From the IMG/VR virus record IMGVR_UViG_3300025853_000057, positions 1 to 64,000 of that record: a stretch of 64,000 nucleotides of DNA; one strand, written 5' to 3'. Source of the DNA: a virus. The notes below the pieces were generated by a model. It saw only the letters and a program-made list of their open reading frames with translations, ran no database searches and had not been told where the DNA came from. Positions 57,479-64,000 of the stretch are shown here, piece by piece. Numbering within the stretch: position 1 is the stretch's first letter; each line of letters begins with the position of its first letter. The translations under genes and the position numbers were made by a program.

Positions 57479-59140
57479 TTATACATTTCGATTAAGTGCA
57501 GTCATAAAGGCTTCAACGGTTGCCTTCAAGGCGTCTGCCTCTGTTTGGGTGCTAACTCCAGTTGTTATTAAGGCGTAGCCAAAAGCTAAGGGTTGGAAAG
57601 TATTTACACCTTGGCTATAACTTAAATAAGTCCTATGAGCCAATCCTGGAACTATTTGTGCGCTTGTGTTATATTGCTGATTGATGTCGCCATTTTGAGT
57701 GAATTTAACTCCCTTAGCATACAAATCCCAACCTCCACCTTGTGCAATAGATTTATATCTGGTCGTACCAAAGAACCCACCAGTTGAGGGAGGCACTAAG
57801 CTACCATCCGGTGTTGTAATTGCATAATAGTAGTCGCCGTGAACACCATAGGTTCTATTCTGTATGTACTGGGTTGTAAGTTGATATGAATTAATTAAAC
57901 CTCCCTCAAATCTCTGGTCGAAATAACCTCGATAAAGACTGTATTGAGTATAATTAGTCGGAGCAAGATTCTTGGTTTCGTAAACCCAGATTGAATTATT
58001 ACGGTCATCAGGTAATTCATTCGGTGCAAAAAAATCAAAGTAGGCGTTAGTACCATTCCCCTCTGCTCCAATGGAGCTAAATATCATACCACCATAAAAG
58101 TTGATAGAGCTTGCAGGGTTTTGACCTTCAATACCTTGTTGAGCTGCATTTGTTCCAATAAAAGGAAGCAGCCTAACGCAACCCGTCCACCAGTCATAAG
58201 TGCTGTTGTTGGGGCCTTGTCCCTTAAGGTCTAAGAAATGGTTAGTGATAGCAGTTTTTTCTGAAGCACTCACGGTATAACCTGCCGAATCCAATGCGTC
58301 AATATACGCTTGGGCGTCTGCGTCTACTATTCTGCCCAGGGCTGTCATAAAGGCTTCAACGCAAGCCCTCAAAGCGGCTTCCTCGGTTGTGGTGCTTATT
58401 CCTGTTGTAACAAGGGCGTAGGCATGCTCGTTGGCTGAGTACCCATAAGGTTCAAGCGTTGCTCTGCTTGATGCAAGCCCATAAATATCAATGCCTGGAT
58501 TCGTAAAAGTATCAAACTCCCTTTGGTATCTTGTGCCCCTTACATAAGCGTCAAAACCTATATTTTGAAATTTAGTAATACCCACAAAGTTGGCGCCGTT
58601 TGTTATAGTGCCTACTGCTGTCACTAATGTCTGCCCCGCAGCAGTCGCAAATAAGCGGTCACCAGAATATCGGCTTTGTATTCTTATAGGCTGATTTGCA
58701 TCTGCGGAAAAATCCCACTTTGCCTCGACAATGTTTTTCCTTTTGTACACCCATGCGCTCCAATCATTCACATCGGTAAGCTCGGAGGGATTGAAAAAAA
58801 CATAATAGCCATTCGTGCCATTACCCTCTACTCCTGTGCTGTTGTGCGTTACACCGCCAGCAAAGGTAGTGCTATTTGCAGGTGATTCCGCTTTGATACC
58901 TTGCTGCGCTGCTGTCGTACCAATGAAAGGCAATAAGCGAACAATGCCAGTCCACCAGTCGTAGGTGCTGTTGTTTGGCCCTGTTCCTTTCAAATCTAAA
59001 AAATGGTCATTGATAGCCACTTCTTCCTCACTGCTAACTGTATACCCTGCTGCATCCAAAGCATTAATATACGCCTGTGCGTCAGGGTCGTTACTACCTC
59101 CTGCTACAGCACTTAATATATTTCTATATCTACCAGGCAT
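57479..59140 (-). CDS. Putative tail fibre/receptor-binding protein with two tandem homologous domains
   Basis: D.DAQAYI.ALD.AGY...LLPFIG...EAFMTAL.R unit occurs twice; GC-rich relative to the rest of the window. Confidence 0.6.
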   Translation of the reverse strand: MPGRYRNILSAVAGGSNDPDAQAYINALDAAGYTVSSEEEVAINDHFLDLKGTGPNNSTYDWWTGIVRLLPFIGTTAAQQGIKAESPANSTTFAGGVTHNSTGVEGNGTNGYYVFFNPSELTDVNDWSAWVYKRKNIVEAKWDFSADANQPIRIQSRYSGDRLFATAAGQTLVTAVGTITNGANFVGITKFQNIGFDAYVRGTRYQREFDTFTNPGIDIYGLASSRATLEPYGYSANEHAYALVTTGISTTTEEAALRACVEAFMTALGRIVDADAQAYIDALDSAGYTVSASEKTAITNHFLDLKGQGPNNSTYDWWTGCVRLLPFIGTNAAQQGIEGQNPASSINFYGGMIFSSIGAEGNGTNAYFDFFAPNELPDDRNNSIWVYETKNLAPTNYTQYSLYRGYFDQRFEGGLINSYQLTTQYIQNRTYGVHGDYYYAITTPDGSLVPPSTGGFFGTTRYKSIAQGGGWDLYAKGVKFTQNGDINQQYNTSAQIVPGLAHRTYLSYSQGVNTFQPLAFGYALITTGVSTQTEADALKATVEAFMTALNRNV

Positions 59141-59144
59141 TTTA

Positions 59145-59498
59145 CTAGTTATTGAACCAATATTCTACTCTAGTACCTGAAGTCCATTCTGCATAAATTA
59201 AATTAAGACTTCCAGCAGTATAACTACCTGAGCCTATATTAACCCAGCCAGCAGGAAATGTAGGAGTAGTGCCATCATTATGATAAATCTTCTGTATTAC
59301 TCCTATTCTAGCTCCAGTAAGGTCATCTGTAATATTTCCTGTTGCAGGAGAAGCTACTGTATTATAAACAGCAGGAGCATCAAAAGCTATCTGAGTACCA
59401 GTTCTAGCTATTGTCTTTACTTCAAAGGTAGAAGTATCTATAGACTCTCCAGATTTATAAACAGAGGTTTGCTTATTTACATTTACATACTTAGCCAT
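59145..59498 (-). CDS. Hypothetical structural/fibre-associated protein
   Basis: Gly/Thr-rich beta-type sequence in the tail cluster. Confidence 0.5.
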   Translation of the reverse strand: MAKYVNVNKQTSVYKSGESIDTSTFEVKTIARTGTQIAFDAPAVYNTVASPATGNITDDLTGARIGVIQKIYHNDGTTPTFPAGWVNIGSGSYTAGSLNLIYAEWTSGTRVEYWFNN

Positions 59499-59500
59499 AA

Positions 59501-59848
59501 TTACTTAAGATAAGTGATGAATAAAGTAGTGGTATTAGAAGACTCTTCAATTACTCTAAACTTTTGAATATTAGCTGCTTCAGTAATTACAAATTCATCA
59601 TTGTCAAGTCTAGCAATACCTGTACCAGCAGCAGGAGTAGAGCCATCATAAGTATATCTAAGGACTTTACCAGTACCATTAGAATCTACATAGATATGAA
59701 CAGCAGTTGCCTGAGACTTAGTACCTGTAAGGTCAATAAACTTAACTGTATTGTTTACAGTAATAGTGTCTGAGTCAAAAGCTTTTAGTCCATTTACAGT
59801 AGCTTCTTTAGTTTTAAAAGCATTTCTATTTAAAAATCCTTGTGCCAT
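59501..59848 (-). CDS. Hypothetical structural protein
   Basis: RYTYDGSTP...G beta-sandwich-like pattern. Confidence 0.5.
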   Translation of the reverse strand: MAQGFLNRNAFKTKEATVNGLKAFDSDTITVNNTVKFIDLTGTKSQATAVHIYVDSNGTGKVLRYTYDGSTPAAGTGIARLDNDEFVITEAANIQKFRVIEESSNTTTLFITYLK

Positions 59849-59859
59849 TTTAAATTATT

Positions 59860-60135
59860 TTAACAATTACAATCTTCTGTTAATTCCATAGCATGATGAA
59901 CAATGCTACAAATTTCTTGTTCAGTTAGACAATTTACATCATCTAGTGTTTGGTCTTGCTCTAGAGTAGTAACATAACAGTATAAAGACTTAATATACTC
60001 TCTAACTACCAACATTCTAACTTCAAGTTCAGGACACTTTCTTCCTAACTTATATTTGTCGGTAAGCTGTTGAGCTAAATCTGAGTACTTACATTGTAGG
60101 TACTGAATATACTTTATTCTACATTGTTCTGTCAT
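59860..60135 (-). CDS. Cys-rich tail hub-like protein
   Basis: NCLTEQEIC...CNC; follows the collagen-repeat gene. Confidence 0.45.
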   Translation of the reverse strand: MTEQCRIKYIQYLQCKYSDLAQQLTDKYKLGRKCPELEVRMLVVREYIKSLYCYVTTLEQDQTLDDVNCLTEQEICSIVHHAMELTEDCNC

Positions 60136-60145
60136 TGGTAGATGG

Positions 60146-60820
60146 TTAAGACTTTCTTAGTATATACTCTACAGTTAAATATTCAGCAGTTATTTCTCCT
60201 AAATTTTCAGAACCTAAAAATACATAAAAATCTGAATTATCAAAGTTGACAGGAGCTAACGCAGCTTTGTTTATGTTTTTAAGTAGGAACACGTTACCCT
60301 CAGAAGGAACATTATAGTAAGAGGTTCCAAATTCAGCAGTATCACTACTAAAGCATGAATAGCCTGTAACATTAAATGTAGTATCACTCTGTCTGTCAAA
60401 GAAAAGCTCTATATATAAATAAGCATCACTTCTAAGAGTTCCATCATAAACAGCTACAGGAGAAGAATTAGTCATAGCTACAGTAGTGTTTATGTAAACA
60501 CCTAACTCTCCACTTCCTACTTGTCCTACTTCAGCTAATTTAAACATAGCTCTAATCTTAAGTCTATCTTCATTTTTAGTTATTTCTGAAGTATTAGATA
60601 CAAGTACTCCTGGAGTATAAGTTCTTCTAGTACCTTCTACAGGTCCTATGCTGAAAGAAGTTACAGTATCAATTACATTACCTGCATCAGCACCATCAGA
60701 ACCATCAGCACCTGCTGGGCCTGTAGGCCCTTGGGGTCCTGTAGGTCCTGCAATAGAAGGGACTACTATAGTAGAACAATCGTTGCAGTTACAGTTAGAT
60801 ATATTGGAGCAATTACACAT
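60146..60820 (-). CDS. Collagen-like repeat fibre protein with Cys-rich N-terminus
   Basis: MCNCSNISNCNCNDC then GPTGPQGPTGPAGADGSDGAD (Gly-X-Y x7). Confidence 0.7.
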   Translation of the reverse strand: MCNCSNISNCNCNDCSTIVVPSIAGPTGPQGPTGPAGADGSDGADAGNVIDTVTSFSIGPVEGTRRTYTPGVLVSNTSEITKNEDRLKIRAMFKLAEVGQVGSGELGVYINTTVAMTNSSPVAVYDGTLRSDAYLYIELFFDRQSDTTFNVTGYSCFSSDTAEFGTSYYNVPSEGNVFLLKNINKAALAPVNFDNSDFYVFLGSENLGEITAEYLTVEYILRKS

Positions 60821-60837
60821 AGTTATATTCTATATCG

Positions 60838-61404
60838 TTAGCAGCAGCATTTTTGGATGCTACATATTTTATTAACTTGGTTAAGTAAGTCAGTAGCTTG
60901 AGCTTCTTTGCCACAAGCAAATGCTGACTTAGCAGCATAAAGAAGGGCTTCAGCTTGCTTATAATAATCCCAATAAGTAAGCCAATTACAGCCACACATT
61001 TCTTCTTTAAACTTGGTTTTCATTTTTTCTACACAGCAATCTGCTTTACATGTAGAAAACATTTTTACAGTTACTTCATGCTCTAAAGGTACAGATACAT
61101 CTTCTACAAAATACTTAATACTATAAATACCATCGTTGAAAGTTATATCATCTATGGTATCTATAATAAAAGAACCATTAACTATAGAAGCTCCTTGTAC
61201 TGCTGCTGTAACATCATAGTTTACAGCAGTACCTGAAGGAGGAGTAATAGTTAATGTAGCTGTATCTACATTAGCAAGAACCATATTAGGGCTTCCCCAT
61301 CCAGTAGGATTGGTAGATACATTATAAGCTCCTGTGATGTCAGATACTTCTAACTTAGTACACTTTTCTTTAAAGCAAGCAGATATTTTTAACTCTAAGG
61401 CCAT
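60838..61404 (-). CDS. Tail hub-like structural protein (crAss gene-73-like)
   Basis: DITGAY....NPTGWG.PN, DGIY...Y, ADCCV.KM, C-terminal CCC. Confidence 0.55.
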   Translation of the reverse strand: MALELKISACFKEKCTKLEVSDITGAYNVSTNPTGWGSPNMVLANVDTATLTITPPSGTAVNYDVTAAVQGASIVNGSFIIDTIDDITFNDGIYSIKYFVEDVSVPLEHEVTVKMFSTCKADCCVEKMKTKFKEEMCGCNWLTYWDYYKQAEALLYAAKSAFACGKEAQATDLLNQVNKICSIQKCCC

Positions 61405-61416
61405 ACATAATCATAT

Positions 61417-61436
61417 TACGAATTATCAATAAAATA
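61417..61436 (-). promoter_or_regulatory. Candidate phage promoter motif TATTTT-N5/6-AATTCGTA
   Basis: Directly after the terminator at 61452-61483; similar to the motif at 38963-38981. Confidence 0.35.
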
Positions 61437-61451
61437 GTTCCAATAACTACT

Positions 61452-61483
61452 AAAAAAGGGCAGCCCATTACAGGCTACCCTTT
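61452..61483 (-). terminator. Intrinsic terminator after the 428-aa structural gene
   Basis: AAAGGGTAGCC-TGTAATG-GGCTGCCCTTTTTT on the - strand. Confidence 0.85.
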
Positions 61484-61501
61484 CCAGTAGCATTGCTATG
61501 A

Positions 61502-62788
61502 TTACAGATTACCTGCCTGAGCTGTAAGATTAGTAAAGTTACTAATGTAAGTGTCTAGTACATCTACTGTACTAGTGGCAGCACCTACATAAGAAGTATC
61601 AAATGTATTTGCAACATTGCCATCCAAAGCACAAGCTACACAAAGCTGCGCTCTAAAGTCAGTGTTAGTCAAAGCACGATTAGGCTTACTAAGTACCAAT
61701 TCTAAAGTAGAGTGGTTTTGAGTAGTTACCAAATCAGTTTGAACAGTAGTAGGAGGGAACTCAGTGTAAGTGAAGATTTGTCCTTGGTTTCTCCAAGAAG
61801 AAGCTTCAAGAGTTCTCATTTGCTCATAAGTACCATGTCCAATGAAAGCATCAACAGCAGTAGTCAATGGAGTACTTCCTGCATTTTTAATACCCAATTG
61901 GAAAGTTACCAAGCTATAAGGACGAGAATCCAAAATAAAAGGTTGGTTAAGACCTGTTACACGAATACCTAAGTCATTACCAGTTTGAAGAGTACCTTGA
62001 ACAACTCTGTGAATAGCTACACCAACAGCAGTATCTCCTTGGAAAGCTGTATCTAAGGTAAGGTCATTACCAGTAATAGCTGTAATTTGATAAATTTCAT
62101 CAGTTACAGTAGATTGAGAACCTACTCTAATATAATCACCTACAGCAGCAGCAGCAGCAATGTTAGGAGCATTGAGGATAGCATTACTTCCATTGGTTAC
62201 AGTTACGTTATCTGTAGTAGCCACACCAGGAGTAGAAGTTACTCTTTCAATTAAAACAGGTCTGCGAGTCCAGTAAGAGATTTGTCTTACAGCTTGTCTG
62301 TAAAGGCCATTAGCTACTTCTTCTTGAGTGGCAGAACCATCAGAAAGATAATCAAACAGCACAGGAGCCATAAGAGCAGAAGCTTCTTGAGAAGCCAACT
62401 CATAAAAAGAAATTACTCCAGTGTAATAGTTGTCATTGATAGCATCAATAGCACCTACACCAGTAGCAGCATTATATCCATAGTAAGATACTTGCTGTAC
62501 TTTAGCTTGGTACTCTCTGCCTACATATCTAAGGATGTCGTCAGAGGTAAACACTTGGGATTGCCATAGTTCTTCATTAGCACCACGCCCCATTACAAGT
62601 TTAATGGAATCAGCAGTAAGAACGGTAGCTGTATCTAGAATTCTGTTACTAGCGTCAGTAACAACAATTTCACCTTGAGCAAGAATACCAGGACTTACTA
62701 CAGTACCTGCGGTAGCTCCAGCACTCCTAGCAACATCTGCTCCAGCGAAAAACTTAAAATTATCTAGAATTTGCGGTTGAGAAATCAT
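61502..62788 (-). CDS. Abundant structural protein (crAss gene-74-like auxiliary capsid protein)
   Basis: Ala/Thr/Gly-rich; G.GTYEQ...LE motif; own terminator; position in the capsid block. Confidence 0.55.
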   Translation of the reverse strand: MISQPQILDNFKFFAGADVARSAGATAGTVVSPGILAQGEIVVTDASNRILDTATVLTADSIKLVMGRGANEELWQSQVFTSDDILRYVGREYQAKVQQVSYYGYNAATGVGAIDAINDNYYTGVISFYELASQEASALMAPVLFDYLSDGSATQEEVANGLYRQAVRQISYWTRRPVLIERVTSTPGVATTDNVTVTNGSNAILNAPNIAAAAAVGDYIRVGSQSTVTDEIYQITAITGNDLTLDTAFQGDTAVGVAIHRVVQGTLQTGNDLGIRVTGLNQPFILDSRPYSLVTFQLGIKNAGSTPLTTAVDAFIGHGTYEQMRTLEASSWRNQGQIFTYTEFPPTTVQTDLVTTQNHSTLELVLSKPNRALTNTDFRAQLCVACALDGNVANTFDTSYVGAATSTVDVLDTYISNFTNLTAQAGNL

Positions 62789-62815
62789 GTTTTTAAAGAT
62801 TTAAGGTTATAATAA

Positions 62816-63244
62816 TTATCCGATTTTTACGATGTTAAACAGTACAGTTACTTGAAGAGTACCATCAAAAGAAGCAATAGTAGCTCCAGGAGCAGAAATA
62901 TCAATTCCTTTTCCAGCATATACTTCAGCAGAAGCACTTAGTTGTACACCATTAGATGCAGTATAAGTAGCAGCAGTAGCTCCAGTAGCAAGTACAAGAT
63001 TAGAATTAGTATCAGCACCTACAGCATCCAAAGCAATAAGAGGAGTAGTATCACCTGTATACACCAAGGCAATAGGGTCATTAGCACATGAACCTACAGC
63101 AGTACCAGAGGTTTTAGCTACAATTAGGTTTTGTGGAATCAAAGCATATCCAGATTGAGGTGCTGGAACTACATTGATGGGGGTACTGCCAAGTGCATTT
63201 ACTTGAGCAGCAGTTAGAGTTACAGTTCTTGCAAAAGTTTTCAT
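62816..63244 (-). CDS. Putative head decoration/structural protein
   Basis: VTLTAAQVNAL...P..VVPAP..G; Ala/Thr-rich. Confidence 0.5.
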   Translation of the reverse strand: MKTFARTVTLTAAQVNALGSTPINVVPAPQSGYALIPQNLIVAKTSGTAVGSCANDPIALVYTGDTTPLIALDAVGADTNSNLVLATGATAATYTASNGVQLSASAEVYAGKGIDISAPGATIASFDGTLQVTVLFNIVKIG

Positions 63245-63299
63245 TGCGTTTTATTTATTTATTTGATTTGTGGGTATATACGTTTGTTTTTTAAAAAAG

Positions 63300-64000
63300 T
63301 TATTCTACCTTATCAGAACTTAGTTGTAAATCTTGAGAAGGCTGAGATAAAGCTTCTTTAAGCATCTTAACTGCTACAGTTACAATAGGTCTATGAGTAG
63401 ATTCATCTAATTCACAGTTTTGCATGTTGACAGGAGTTACAAAATTATTTAAATCTACTTTTATAGGCTTAGGTACTCTAAGGTATCTAAGGTTATATTG
63501 AGTAACATTAAAAGTACCATCTGTAATAAGTTCATGTCTTTTTCCTGTTCTATTAGTTATAAACTCATACCCATTGGAAGCTGTAGTAGTTTGAGAATTA
63601 TATCCAGTATTAGCTCTAGTGTAAGACACTCTCCATACTATACCTTCTGAGCCATTAAAGTAAGGCTTTTTAAAAGGATTGGTTTTGCTTCTATTGAAGT
63701 CATTATGAGAAATTACAAATACTGGTAAATCTGCATCTTGATTAGTAACACAATCTTTAAGATTAATAATACATCTTTCCCAGACTGTATACATAAAATC
63801 TAAAGGTAACTCAGCAAAAGCACCATTAGGCAAATTTTCAGTATTTGTAGTAAAAGCAGAAATAGATGCAGAGGCTAACAAAGGCGACAGCCCCTGCATT
63901 CTAATTTCTGTTTCTTCTAAACCCTCCTTTTTGAGATTCAATATTGAAGATATTCTAGTATGAACAAAATGATTCTGGGCATTAGTTAATATAATATTAG
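63300..64000 (-). CDS. Head-tail connector ring protein (crAss gene-75-like), 5'-truncated by window edge
   Basis: Frame stays open upstream of 63941 (NIILTNAQNHFV...); Y.LRYLRVPKPI and CELDESTHRPIV..AV motifs. Confidence 0.7.
   Translation of the reverse strand, partial: NIILTNAQNHFVHTRISSILNLKKEGLEETEIRMQGLSPLLASASISAFTTNTENLPNGAFAELPLDFMYTVWERCIINLKDCVTNQDADLPVFVISHNDFNRSKTNPFKKPYFNGSEGIVWRVSYTRANTGYNSQTTTASNGYEFITNRTGKRHELITDGTFNVTQYNLRYLRVPKPIKVDLNNFVTPVNMQNCELDESTHRPIVTVAVKMLKEALSQPSQDLQLSSDKVE

Noticed and set aside
57479-59140. Diversity-generating retroelement template/variable repeat pair
   Set aside because: Both repeats are coding in one ORF, differences are not adenine-specific, and no reverse transcriptase is in the window.
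20435-62569. Many short + strand ORFs opposite the structural genes, and - strand ORFs opposite replication genes
   Set aside because: Antisense shadow ORFs with Ser/Leu/Phe-rich composition and no motifs.
1-64000. Alternative genetic code (TAG or TGA recoding, known in some crAss-like phages)
   Set aside because: Very long ORFs are intact in the standard code, and TAG (19198, 56250, 59145) and TGA (many ATGA overlaps) end genes at sensible boundaries.
1-64000. tRNA genes, CRISPR arrays, integrase
   Set aside because: Intergenic gaps are short; no cloverleaf, repeat-spacer array or recombinase motif was seen by eye (tRNAscan not run).

Overview
AT-rich 64-kb segment of a crAss-like (Crassvirales-type) Bacteroidetes phage read in the standard genetic code, with two convergent blocks meeting at a bidirectional terminator near 19.17 kb. 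The + strand (1-19149) is a replication/nucleotide-metabolism block: DEDDh exonuclease, GIY-YIG homing endonuclease, dNMP kinase, family A DNA polymerase, SF2 and DnaB-like helicases, AAA ATPase, SSB-like protein, primase, RusA-like resolvase, PD-(D/E)XK exonuclease, UDG, MazG-like pyrophosphatase and a GH73 hydrolase. The - strand (64000-19198) is the virion/lysis block: ring, capsid-accessory, hub and fibre genes, a lysis cassette, tail tube and muzzle proteins, and four giant ejected cargo proteins including a 5159-aa virion RNA polymerase (DFDVD motif). Top candidate novel system: an apparently complete phage-encoded ubiquitin-like conjugation operon at 11095-15480 (beta-grasp Ubl with Gly76 and a removable tail, E2-like protein, JAB/JAMM peptidase, ThiF/E1, and a coupled orphan gene). 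Other highlights: an unannotated -1 frameshift (G GGA AAG) that would append an M15 peptidoglycan peptidase to a cargo protein; a cargo polyprotein punctuated by xxGG motifs; a homing endonuclease that apparently split the kinase P-loop and supplied a replacement 5' end; and a GC-rich tandem-domain fibre gene. All product calls come from motif recognition by eye; no searches were run.
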